A stretch of 22,684 bases of DNA from an uncultured bacterium (GTDB taxonomy: Bacteria; Zhuqueibacterota; QNDG01; DTFT01). Each line of letters begins with the position of its first letter. Positions within the stretch are counted from its first letter, which is position 1. The notes beneath the pieces are model-generated. The model did no database searches and had not been told where the DNA came from. It was given only the letters and a program-made list of their open reading frames with translations. This document shows positions 1 through 8,959 of the stretch, piece by piece. The DNA lies in NCBI GenBank assembly GCA_963736115.1, contig CAVTNR010000031.1, positions 1 to 22,684 on the forward strand. Direction: 5' to 3'. A program made the translations under genes and the position numbers.

Positions 1-1031
1 AGAGCGTGTTCATCCGCCCGGCGGACTCGACCGTCGGACGCGTCGGAACGGGACATGGTCCTGGAATTGAAGGAAAAGAAATCCGGAGAGTTCAATGTTT
101 CCGTTGGATACGGATACTGGGAAAAGTCAGGGGCGGCATGGAGTGTTCAACACCAATGCGGCCGGAACCGCGAGAAAGTTCGGCGTTTCGCTGAAGGGGA
201 GCTTCAAGATCTGGGGCTCCGAGCGTCCATCCTCCGAACCTGGACATTCGGGAAGGCCGTGGCGCACGGCATCATCGTCCCGGCGGACCGGACGGAGGCT
301 CGGCGACGGCGTCGAACGCTTCGGCGGCTGCGTGACTGTCGACAGTGGCGGGAATGGAATCGGTCGTCTGGCCACAGATCAACGAAGCCTTGGCGGTCGG
401 CGTCCGCATCCATCCTGCTCGACGGCGACCAGCGAGCATCCACAGCATCGGCCGACGGGCGGCTGTGACACTGGTGGAATGGGGTTCAACGAGGCTCGGG
501 TTCGACTGCTAAACCGGCGATGAACTGGCGGGCGGGCTCGTCGAAGGAACTGTGTCTCTGCTGTTCGAATCGATCGGCGCGAAAGTTCATGAAGCTGTCG
601 ACGGTCGGCTGAATCTACCTGCTTCCGCCGTGGAGATTCGGTGGATCGGGTGCTTCAAAGTCTGGATGGAAGGATCCATCTGAACGAATGCTTCTACGCT
701 GGAGATGTGTCGTAGCTCAGGGGGTTCTGTAGAGAACTGCTGGGGCCCTGGACCGCAATCGCTTCCTGCTGGAGGAAAATTCAAATTCGTCTGGAATGTC
801 GCGGAATGGCGTGTGCCTGTTTACCGGATGGTTTGCCGCGCTATTCTGGGATATCGGCAATGTCTGGACCGATGCGTGCTCGCCAGCCTGGACGAGATCC
901 GGCATACAGCGGGTTCGGCGCTAGGGCATCGACACCGTGGGTGTGCTCCGGCTGGATCTGGGCTTTATTGTGTACTGCAGGGACACGAGCCTGGCATGCA
1001 GGTGATTTTCAACATGGGACAGGCGTTCTGA
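1..1031 (+). CDS. BamA/TamA (Omp85) family outer membrane protein, 3' part only; multiply frameshifted in this sequence
   Basis: Stitching frames gives the last POTRA-to-barrel junction (DMVLELKEKKSGEFNVSVGYG...FNTN...SEPWTFG), FYAG...RGF at about 692-728 (L6 loop motif), GGKFKFVWN..EWRVP, ALFWDIGNVW and GFGARASTPW..LRLDLGF. The C-terminus is VIFNMGQAF* with a terminal Phe, stop at 1029-1031. The start lies upstream of the window. Confidence 0.8.
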
Positions 1032-1145
1032 GAGGCCGGATCCGTACCTACGGTTGTACGGCGACGGACCGGGGCGATTCGATCGGGATCCTGATCACCC
1101 GAGGTCTCGCCTCGGGGCACATCTTCATCGGGGTTCTGCTCGATG

Positions 1146-1182
1146 AAAAAAAAAGCCTGAAGATTGCTTATCCCTTCAGGCT
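1146..1182 (-). terminator. Rho-independent terminator of the ars operon
   Basis: Perfect 9-bp stem AGCCTGAAG/CTTCAGGCT (1154-1162 and 1174-1182) followed on the minus strand by a run of 8-9 T, just downstream of arsC. Confidence 0.85.
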
Positions 1183-1232
1183 GTTCTGGCTGGAGTCCAC
1201 AGACTCCGACCCGCATGATTCGCTTGCCGGGA

Positions 1233-1681
1233 TCAGCCGGATGCTTTTGCGGATTCCATCAGATTCTCCGGCATCCCTCCACAAATGCCCGGATTTCATC
1301 CCGGACCCGCCTGTAATGGCTGAACGCCTCCTCTTCCGTTGCAGCGGATTTCGCGAGCCTGGGCGGATCATCGAACCCCTTGTGGATCCGAACAGTCTTT
1401 CCGGGGAAGAACGGGCAGGACTCGTTCGCCGCGTCACACACGGTGATCACATAATCGAACGTTTGATCCTTCAGCTCATTCAGGTGCTTGGACCTGTGAC
1501 CTGAGAGGTCCACGCCCGCCTCTGCCATCACCTTGACGGCAGACGGATTCAATCCATGTATCTCGATGCCCGCCGAATATGACTCTATTTGATCCCCCTT
1601 GAGATGCCTCGCCCATCCTTCGGCCATCTGGCTTCTGCAGGAATTTCCGGTGCAGAGAAAGAGAATCTTCAGTTTTTCCAT
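1233..1681 (-). CDS. arsC: Arsenate reductase, thioredoxin-dependent LMWP-PTPase type
   Basis: ILFLCTGNSCRSQMAEG P-loop, VITVCD...SCP redox cysteines and FDDP motif. The ORF track ends it at 1259, but adding one G in the G-run near 1275 gives ...AFVEGMPENLMESAKASG* ending at 1233. Confidence 0.93.
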
Positions 1682-1744
1682 GATTCGGATTCCCTCCGGA
1701 TTTCATTGACGCTTCGGAGATTGGACCATCGGTGTCCCGGAAAT

Positions 1745-2786
1745 TCACCAGACAAACTTCTTCTTCAGCCTGAGCGCCACGTTCACCAGCCCGATCATCA
1801 CTGGAACCTCGACCAAAGGCCCGATCACTGCGGCAAACGCCTGACCCGAATGGATCCCGAAAACCGCTATCGCCACGGCGATTGCCAGTTCGAAATTGTT
1901 GCTGGCCGCGGTAAACGCCAGAGTCGCTGACCGGCCGTACCCCGCTTTGATTCTCCTGCCCATGAAAAAGCTCACCAGAAACATCAACACAAAATAGATG
2001 AGCAACGGAATGGCGATCCGTATCACATCCATGGGGATTTTCAGAATCACCTCGCCCTTCAGACTGAACATGACCATGATGGTAAAAAGCAGGGCGATTA
2101 TGGTGATCGGACTGATCGCCGGGATGAACCTGGAATGATACCAGTCCCGGCCTTTGGCTTTCACCAGAAACAGCCGCATGAGTATTCCCGCGATGAATGG
2201 AATGCCGAGATAGATGAATACGCTGACGGCAATCTGGCTGATGGTGACATTCACGGCGACGCCCTTCATCCCGAACACCGGCGGAAGGAGCGTGATGAAA
2301 ATCCACGCGTAAACGGAATAGAACAGAACCTGAAAGACGCTGTTGAACGCAACCAGTCCGGCCGCATATTCCGTATCCCCCCGGCCAATTCGTTCCATAC
2401 GATGACCATGGCAATGCAACGGGCCAGGCCGATTAAAATCAGTCCTGTCATGTACTCGGGAGTCGCCGGTAAAAAGACGATCGCCAGCAGAAACATTAAA
2501 ATAGGCCCGATCACCCAGTTTTGAACCATGGACAGGCCCAGTATTTTCCAGTTTTTAAACACATCACCGAGTTCTTCGTACTTGACCTTGGCCAGGGGCG
2601 GAATCATCATCAATATCAAACCCGCCGCGATGGGAATTGACGTGGTTCCAACCTGCAGGCGGGTGATCCACTGCGTCACGGACGGAAACGCGGTGCCGAG
2701 AAAAATGCCGAAACCCATCGCCAGAAAGATCCAAAGTGTCAGGAAACGGTCGATAAAAGACAGTTTTTACCGGTTTCCGAACCCAT
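1745..2786 (-). CDS. acr3: ACR3-family arsenite efflux transporter (two 1-nt indels in homopolymers, near 2766 and 2377)
   Basis: AGGAG RBS and ATG at 2786, then [75 protein letters not shown] and IGPLVEVPV, all Acr3 signatures. Confidence 0.93.
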
Positions 2787-2815
2787 ATCCACTCCTAGTC
2801 AAGGGTCCAAATTGA

Positions 2816-3508
2816 TTATAAAATCAGATACAGCCCGGCCAGAATCACCAGCACCCCGCAGATTTTTTTAAGGATCACCGCCCCCTTCGAGCGTTCGTTC
2901 CAATGCAGGTATTTCTGAACCATGCTGGTGAAAGTTCCGGCCAGCACGATAACCGAGCAGTGCCCGATCGCGTAGAGCAGCACCAGAGAAACGGCAAAGG
3001 GCAGGTTTGTGGAAGCGGCCTGGAACGCGATCCCCAGCATGGGCGCCATGAAGGCGAACGTGCAGGGCCCCAGGGCTACACCGAACAACAGACCGATGAT
3101 GAAGGCGGCCCAAGCGCCTTTTTTTTTCATTTTCGGCTGACCGGTGACCCCAAGAAACGGGATGCGAATGACGTCCAAAAGATGCAGGCCGATGACGAAG
3201 AAGATCACGGCTACGAAGTAATTGCCGGTTTTCCCCACGTCGCCCATGATGCGTCCCATCAGGCCCGTGATCAGTCCGATGACACCGATGGTGATAAGGA
3301 TGCCGACCGAGAACAGTCCGGCCAGAACGAAGGCGCGTTTTTTCGTGACAATCCCCTGGCCGCCGATGAAGCCGACGATCAGGGGTATGGAGGACAGGTG
3401 GCACGGGCTGAGCAGAATGCTCAGAATGCCCCACGCGAAAGAAGCGGCCAGGGCCAGCCAGGCCGAGCCGGTCAGGCTCTGGGTGAGCCAGACGAACAGG
3501 TTTTCCAT
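2816..3508 (-). CDS. ccdA: CcdA/DsbD-type transmembrane thiol-disulfide electron transporter
   Basis: About 6 hydrophobic segments with the two conserved PC motifs: GILSILLSPCHL and FGVALGPCTF. Confidence 0.88.
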   Translation of the reverse strand: MENLFVWLTQSLTGSAWLALAASFAWGILSILLSPCHLSSIPLIVGFIGGQGIVTKKRAFVLAGLFSVGILITIGVIGLITGLMGRIMGDVGKTGNYFVAVIFFVIGLHLLDVIRIPFLGVTGQPKMKKKGAWAAFIIGLLFGVALGPCTFAFMAPMLGIAFQAASTNLPFAVSLVLLYAIGHCSVIVLAGTFTSMVQKYLHWNERSKGAVILKKICGVLVILAGLYLIL

Positions 3509-3612
3509 TCAGAAGCTCCGGATTGACCTATGGGTTTCGTACTTTATTCACGGACGCCTCGCCCCCTTTCAGTTCGGGGACGCGGCAAGCGAATGGTCCG
3601 TGTGGACGGTGA

Positions 3613-4020
3613 TTACTGCACGCCCTTCATCTTGAGGATCTTGACCAGTTCTTCCTTCGGGAAAAATCCCTGGTGGCGGTGGTATTCCGCTCCGTTCTCG
3701 TCCAGGAAGACCTGGGTCGGGATGGCGCGTATGCCGTACTTTTCCGCGTACGGCCGGCCCGCGTCGGTCCAGACATCGTAAAAGACCACATCCACCTGAT
3801 CGCCGTACTCCTTCTCAATATCCTCCATGATCGGCTGCATCATTTTGCATGGAATGCACTTGACTGATCCGAGTTCGACGAACGTGACTTTCTTTTTCGA
3901 GACCTGCGCGGAGACCGGCTTCGGGCCTCCAGTGTTTTGTTTCCGATCGTCGCCTGAACAACCGTTCGCCGCCACAACCAACAGTCCGATGATCAGAATC
4001 GCGCGAATGATCTTCATCAT
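3613..4020 (-). CDS. Thioredoxin-family protein, predicted lipoprotein
   Basis: AGGAGG RBS before ATG at 4020; signal MMKIIRAILIIGLLVVAANG-C (lipobox-like); ELGSVKCIPCKMM CxxC; cis-Pro motif YGIRAIPTQVF. Confidence 0.85.
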   Translation of the reverse strand: MMKIIRAILIIGLLVVAANGCSGDDRKQNTGGPKPVSAQVSKKKVTFVELGSVKCIPCKMMQPIMEDIEKEYGDQVDVVFYDVWTDAGRPYAEKYGIRAIPTQVFLDENGAEYHRHQGFFPKEELVKILKMKGVQ

Positions 4021-4088
4021 TGTATCCTCCTGTTCATTCCTCCGGACCGGATGATCCCGGCGATCCAACCCGGCCATTCTTTCTGTTC

Positions 4089-4985
4089 TCAAATAAACCT
4101 TTTCGTCTTGCACTTGTCACATTCGAACTGAAGCGTTGTATGCGTGACGCCGAACCGGCTCCGAAGCATTTTCTCGATTCGCTTCTGTATTCGTTCCGTC
4201 CGGCTCACCGGCATGTCGTCCACGTCGAGATGAGCCTCGAAATGGACGTCCGCGTCACTCAGCTTCCACAGATGGCCGTGGTGAACGTTCTTCACGCCCG
4301 GTACGGATTCGATGGAACGCTGAACCTCCCCCAGGTCGATCTCAGCGGGAGAAGTCATGAGGACCATGTCCGCGGATTCCTTCAGGATTCCGACGGTTTC
4401 CTTCAAAATGTACAGGGAGATGAGAATAGTGAGAACCGGATCGATCCATGCGAACTTAAAGAGCACGATGGCAACCGCGCCTGCTATGACGGCCAGGCTG
4501 GAAACCGCGTCGCCCATCAGATGGACATAAGCGGACCGGACGTTGATGTTTTTCCTGGAATCGCGTTTCAGCAGGGCCATCCCGGCGAAATTCGCGAGAA
4601 AACCCGCGGCCGCGACAACCAGCATCAATGCTCCCGAGATCGGGTTCGGGTGCGAGAATCGGCCGATCGCTTCCCGGATCAGAAAAACGCAGATCACGAC
4701 CAGAACGCTCGCATTGATGAGAGCCGCCAGCAGTTCCGCGCGCTTCCATCCGAATGTGTGTTTCGGCGTCTTGGGTCTCCGGCTCATCCGCACCGCGACC
4801 GTACTGAGGACCAGCGCGAGGCTGTCTCCCAGATTGTGCGCCGCGTCGGAAAGAAGGGCCAGGCTTCCTGAAATGATTCCGCCTGCGATCTGAACCAGCG
4901 TGATGAACAGGTTCAGGATGATCGTCAGAATCAGCTTCTTCTCCAGACGGCCGTCCGCGGCAGTTTTTGAATGCGTGTGCGCCAT
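4089..4985 (-). CDS. Cation diffusion facilitator (CzcD/ZitB-like Zn/Co/Cd exporter)
   Basis: SGSLALLSDAAHNLGD (TM2 HxxxD), TFGWKRAELLAALIN, VHLMGD (TM5 HxxxD), DPVLT and the C-terminal domain HGHLW...HTTLQFE. Start taken at MAHTHS. Confidence 0.92.
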   Translation of the reverse strand: MAHTHSKTAADGRLEKKLILTIILNLFITLVQIAGGIISGSLALLSDAAHNLGDSLALVLSTVAVRMSRRPKTPKHTFGWKRAELLAALINASVLVVICVFLIREAIGRFSHPNPISGALMLVVAAAGFLANFAGMALLKRDSRKNINVRSAYVHLMGDAVSSLAVIAGAVAIVLFKFAWIDPVLTILISLYILKETVGILKESADMVLMTSPAEIDLGEVQRSIESVPGVKNVHHGHLWKLSDADVHFEAHLDVDDMPVSRTERIQKRIEKMLRSRFGVTHTTLQFECDKCKTKRFI

Positions 4986-5005
4986 ATCCGTTTCGATTCT
5001 CCCGG

Positions 5006-5281
5006 TCAGGACGTTTCGCGAAGAAACGGCTTCAGAACGGACAGCGGCGGAAAGGAAATCGCCTCGGTTCCGCACTGGTTTTTACACGAACTGCAACCGA
5101 CCACACACTGGAACGGTTCGGCTACGACGGGTTTGTTTGTTTCATCATTCCACGCATAGACACTGTGACCGCAGAATTCGTAACAGGCCCTGCAACCGAC
5201 GCATTTGTCCTCTTCCACGGTCGGGTTCCAGGGGATTTTCTCCCTGGCCGTGCCTTTCCAGAATCCGTATTCCTTCTGCAT
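5006..5281 (-). CDS. 2[4Fe-4S] ferredoxin-like protein
   Basis: CVGCRACYEFC and CVVGCSSCKNQC...AISF cluster motifs; IPWNPTVEEDKC N-terminus; lies 3 nt from the upstream gene. Confidence 0.87.
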   Translation of the reverse strand: MQKEYGFWKGTAREKIPWNPTVEEDKCVGCRACYEFCGHSVYAWNDETNKPVVAEPFQCVVGCSSCKNQCGTEAISFPPLSVLKPFLRETS

Positions 5282-5284
5282 GGT

Positions 5285-5524
5285 TCAGGCGCCTTTTTCG
5301 ATCCATTCCTTGATCTGACCGACATTGGGCATTTTGCCCTGAACCATGAGCTGTCCGTCCAATATCAGTGCGGGCGTGGACATGACGCCGCGCTCGATCA
5401 TGGCATTGATGTCCGTCACCTTTACGATTTCAGCCGTGCGGCCGAGCTCTTCCAGCGCTTTTTTTACGTTTTCAACGGTGGCATTGCATTTCGGGCATCC
5501 CGAGCCCAGAACTTCAATTTTCAT
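5285..5524 (-). CDS. Small redox-active disulfide protein (MTH895/thioredoxin-like family found in ars clusters)
   Basis: AGGAGG RBS before ATG at 5524; MKIEVLGSGCPKC...GVMSTPALILDG. Confidence 0.9.
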   Translation of the reverse strand: MKIEVLGSGCPKCNATVENVKKALEELGRTAEIVKVTDINAMIERGVMSTPALILDGQLMVQGKMPNVGQIKEWIEKGA

Positions 5525-5584
5525 TTTGATTCCTCCTGCTATGGATGCGCGGGCTGAACCCGCGGCTACCGTGAGCTCCACCTA

Positions 5585-6884
5585 TCAGAAAAGCCATCCA
5601 TAAATCAACCCGGTGACCGTCGCCATGACAACGACCAAAGACACGAAAACGGCCGTTTTCTTCGTGCCCATGATGCTGCGTATCACCAGCATGCTGGGCA
5701 GGGAGAGCGCGGGCCCGGCCAGAAGCAGGGCGAGCGCAGGGCCCTTGCCCATGCCGTTCGCCATCAGACCCTGAAGAATGGGCACCTCGGTCAGGGTGGC
5801 GAAATACATGAACGCGCCGGCTATGGACGCGAATAAATTCGCGAACAGGGAATTCCCGCCCACAGCCGAGTTGATCCATTGGGACGGAATAAGGCCCTCG
5901 TGTCCCACACGGCCGAGTAGAACACCCGCCACCAGAACGCCACCCAGCAGGAGCGGGAGAATCTGCTTCAGAAATCCCCAGGTGGCGACAAACCAGTCTC
6001 CGGATTCACCCTTGTCCGTTGCTGTGATCACGCCGAGACCGATGGCGCCCGCAGCGAATGCGAGTATGGGGCTTCCGGGGATCAGGACGGCCAACAATAC
6101 AGCAGGAATTGCAGCGGCCGTCACCTTCCACCAGGCCAGGCGGAACCAGAAAACCAGGATGAGGCCGAGCACCGGCCGCGAACAGGGACGTGATCAGCCA
6201 CTTGACCGAATAGACGGCATGCCATACCCCGGATGCATTCAGCGGCTTTCCCCAGTTGGCGAACACCAGAATGCCGACCATGGACGCGAAGTACAGCGCC
6301 GTCTTCCAAAGCGGTCTGGACTCCTTTGACTGTGGAACCGCCTGAGCGTTCACCTGACGATTCGCTTCTTCCTTTCGGAAAATGAGATGCATAAGCAATC
6401 CAATGACCACGCTGAACACAATCGCGCCGACGGCACGGGCGATTCCCATCTCCATGCCCAGAATCCTGGCCGTCAGAATGATGGCCAGCACGTTGATGGC
6501 GGGCCCTGAGTACAGGAAGGCGGAGGCCGGTCCAAGGCCCGCGCCCATCCGGTAAATGCCCGCGAACAGCGGGAGCACGGTGCAGGAGCACACGGCCAGA
6601 ATCGTTCCGGACACGGAAGCCACACCGTACGCGAGAACCTTATTCGCACCCGCGCCCAGGTATTTCATCACCGATTCCTGGCGGATGAACACCCCGATGG
6701 CGCCCGCGATAAAAAACGCGGGTATCAGGCAGAGCACCACATGCTCGCGCGCGTACCATTTGACCAGGTGGAGCGCCTCCATGACCGCGTTGTCAAAACG
6801 GGGCACGCCGACGGGCAGATGATAAACGCCGATAAACGCGGCCAGTATAAAGAGAAGCGTTTTCCACTCATTTTTCCAGTTCAT
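5585..6884 (-). CDS. arsP: ArsP/DUF318-type permease (one extra G near 6173)
   Basis: EHVVLCLIPAFFIAG, LAVCSCTVLPLF, FLYSGPAINVLA, MYFATLTEVPIL and LLLAGPALSLPS; the two halves lie in adjacent frames. Confidence 0.85.
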
Positions 6885-6905
6885 GCCATTCTCCAGGTGC
6901 CTGTT

Positions 6906-7232
6906 TCATTGTTTCCGGATGGCTTTGATTTGTTCGGCCAGACTGGCCTCCATCACATCTCTCGAGCATCTCAGAAAATTCAAGGCGCACGGGATCTTCA
7001 GGGTGTAATAGACATTCGTCCCCCGCTTCTCGATTCCGACGATTCCCGCATTTTTCAGGAGGGACAGATGCTTGGAAACCGTGGATGTATCGGCCCCGAT
7101 CATTTCGGTCAATTCGCAGACACAATGCTCTTTCCTGCCCAGCGCGTCCACAATGAACAGCCGGGTAGGATGCGCCAGGGCCTTCAGTATTTTCGCATGT
7201 AAAGCGTATTTATTCGAATCTGGTTTTCCCAA
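6906..7232 (-). CDS. arsR: ArsR/SmtB-family transcriptional repressor
   Basis: KALAHPTRLFI, EHCVCELT (As(III)-binding CxC box), STVSKHLSLLKNAGIV winged HTH. Probable TTG start at 7232 after AAGAGG. Confidence 0.9.
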   Translation of the reverse strand: MGKPDSNKYALHAKILKALAHPTRLFIVDALGRKEHCVCELTEMIGADTSTVSKHLSLLKNAGIVGIEKRGTNVYYTLKIPCALNFLRCSRDVMEASLAEQIKAIRKQ

Positions 7233-7257
7233 AGGAATGCCTCTTTTATCTTGGTTA

Positions 7258-7292
7258 TTTGGCAATATAGCCAAAGATAGATGTGAAGTCAA
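7258..7292 (-). promoter_or_regulatory. sigma70-type promoter of the ars operon with an overlapping palindromic operator (probable ArsR site)
   Basis: Minus strand TTGACT (7292-7287), 17 nt, TATATT (7269-7264). The -10 box is the centre of the inverted repeat TTTGGC-AATATA-GCCAAA (7258-7275). Confidence 0.8.
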
Positions 7293-7310
7293 CAATTTTC
7301 TACCCAAAAA

Positions 7311-7395
7311 AACCTCCAGCGGGTTGCTCAAAACCCGCGGGAGGTTGTCCTGAAAAAAAACAGACCTGAAAGGTCTTCGGGACCTTTCAGGTCTG
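7311..7395. repeat. Paired-hairpin REP/REPIN-like element, copy 1; also a likely double terminator on the minus strand
   Basis: Hairpin A: AACCTCCAGCGGGTT/AACCCGCGGGAGGTT (14/15 paired, 7311-7346). Hairpin B: CAGACCTGAAAGGTC-TTCGG-GACCTTTCAGGTCTG (perfect 15 bp, 7361-7395). Each is followed by a T-run on the minus strand. Confidence 0.8.
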
Positions 7396-7439
7396 CGACT
7401 GCGACGCGCCTGCCAGGTGAGTCGCATTTCAGTCATCCT

Positions 7440-8591
7440 TCACCTCTCGTAGGTCACCGCGTTCCCCGTAAACCGCCAGGGGGGGCCGGCGGAAGGATCC
7501 TGCTTCTCGATCTTCAAGTGGGACGGGTCCGCCATCTGCGCCAGAAGAACGTCCCGCACGAAACCCGGGCCGTCGCACAGGTTTCGTATGCCGAATCTGT
7601 ACATCCGGCCGTCCGGCAGCACGCGATGAAACAGCCTGTCCACGGTGCCCGTGTCCGCGGGTGTGAATGTATAGGAACCGGGGCTCAGCCCGACCAGCGA
7701 AATCCCCACGGAAAATACCGGTATATCCGGATCCGCGTTGTGATACACAAGCGCGATGTGAGGATCTTCCGGAAAGGTCGGAGCCCCTGTCCTGAACCAG
7801 ATGCCCTGGGCCGTGCCTGCGCTGTCATATCCAACGGTTCCGCCTATGGGCGGCTTGGTCCTGAAGCCCAGCCTGCCGCAGAGGAATTCACCGCAGACCG
7901 GCGTCAGGATGGCGCAGATTTCGTCCGTGAAATAGTCCAGCGGCGAAACCGAATGCGGGTACAGATAATCGTCGAAACGGCTGCTGGCGAACGTGACGCT
8001 CCGGGTCTCGTCGTAGACGCCGAAGTCCATGCCCAGCTGGCCGGGATTTCCGCCTATCACGGCGATCGTATCGCCCGCTGAAACGGGAATGTCCGTCCAG
8101 TAGAGGCATTGGCGGTACGTGTCCCCGCCCGTGCTGTATTCATCGCAATCAGGCGAACCCGTCGCCCGGGCGCGGGTCATGAGGTCCTCGCGGATGAGGG
8201 ACAGGTGCCCCATCACGATCTGGAAACGGCCGCTGTTCGCGGAAAGCGTTATGGCGTAATCCGTGTAGCCCTTGTTCACATGCTCCGTCGCCGTGATACG
8301 GCTGATCGTCATGTCCGCCGGGCTGAACACGAACGTCTGCGCCATGTGATCATTCAGATAGAATCCGCCATGGTCGGACGGGAACACGTGCCCGGGCTGG
8401 TTCATGTGCCCGAGGTTCACCATGATGTAAAAAGTCTCCCTGTGGATCGGCAGTGCGGTCAGGAATCCCTTCCCGATATCTATTCCCGGATCCGTCGAGT
8501 TCTTTCCTGATTTGCAGGATAAAAGCGAAACCATGAGAATGATAAATACCAGGCACCTGGATTGATGGGACATTCGGATATGGATTTCCAT
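7440..8591 (-). CDS. Hypothetical lipoprotein with a degenerate peptidase-M23-like N-terminal region
   Basis: GGAGG RBS before ATG at 8591; hydrophobic stretch and lipobox VSLLS-C; long uninterrupted ORF; M23-like pattern VFSPAD..I, GHLS, VSAGDTIAVIGG and SPLDYF. Confidence 0.7.
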   Translation of the reverse strand: MEIHIRMSHQSRCLVFIILMVSLLSCKSGKNSTDPGIDIGKGFLTALPIHRETFYIMVNLGHMNQPGHVFPSDHGGFYLNDHMAQTFVFSPADMTISRITATEHVNKGYTDYAITLSANSGRFQIVMGHLSLIREDLMTRARATGSPDCDEYSTGGDTYRQCLYWTDIPVSAGDTIAVIGGNPGQLGMDFGVYDETRSVTFASSRFDDYLYPHSVSPLDYFTDEICAILTPVCGEFLCGRLGFRTKPPIGGTVGYDSAGTAQGIWFRTGAPTFPEDPHIALVYHNADPDIPVFSVGISLVGLSPGSYTFTPADTGTVDRLFHRVLPDGRMYRFGIRNLCDGPGFVRDVLLAQMADPSHLKIEKQDPSAGPPWRFTGNAVTYER

Positions 8592-8636
8592 GATGTGCCT
8601 CCGTTCATCCGTTAAGACCAGCGGATCGTTCACTCG

Positions 8637-8879
8637 TCAGCGCATGAGATCATGCAAATCGTCCCGGGTCCACTTTTGATTCCCGACCACAGCTTCTGAG
8701 CGATCCAGCAGAGCGGACAATTCCGAAATAATTTCTTTCTTGGTCGATTCTTCCCTCAGAACGAGCGTTTCCAGATATTCGCGGATCAGGCCGGTCACGG
8801 TTGTATCCTTGTCCACTGCTATTTTTCGGACCTTTTTCAGAAGCTTGTCATCAAGAGCCATGGTGATGTGTCTTGTCAT
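8637..8879 (-). CDS. Ribbon-helix-helix (CopG/DUF6364-like) antitoxin-type protein
   Basis: GGAG RBS; MTRHITMALDDKLLKKVRKIAVDKDTTVTGLIREYL RHH pattern; C-terminal WTRDDLH motif typical of antitoxins paired with PIN toxins; AT-richer than neighbouring genes. Confidence 0.75.
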   Translation of the reverse strand: MTRHITMALDDKLLKKVRKIAVDKDTTVTGLIREYLETLVLREESTKKEIISELSALLDRSEAVVGNQKWTRDDLHDLMR

Positions 8880-8959
8880 ATTTTCTCCAAAATTTCCAGA
8901 TAATAAGTATAATACATATTTCGTGGAAAATCGAGCATTTTTATCAAGTTTGAGTCGGT

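Noticed and set aside
1032-1145. Cluster of short hairpins after the Omp85 stop (CCGTAC/GTACGG and CCGAGG/CCTCGG) as a possible ncRNA
   Set aside because: The stems are only 6 bp in GC-rich DNA and carry no recognisable RNA-family motif.
806-1504. 232-aa plus-strand ORF and other long antisense ORFs (4020-4871, 9219-10097, 13460-14425)
   Set aside because: These are shadow ORFs of GC-rich genes or pieces of the frameshifted Omp85 gene, with no independent motifs or RBS.
1233-7232. Selenocysteine or other stop-codon recoding in the redox proteins
   Set aside because: All CxxC, CSC and PC motifs translate as Cys with no in-frame TGA; the breaks are frameshifts, not stops.
7233-7436. 68-aa N-terminal extension of ArsR in the ORF track
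   Set aside because: It translates through the hairpin repeats and the promoter (RRSRRPERSRRPFRS); the promoter position requires a start near 7232.
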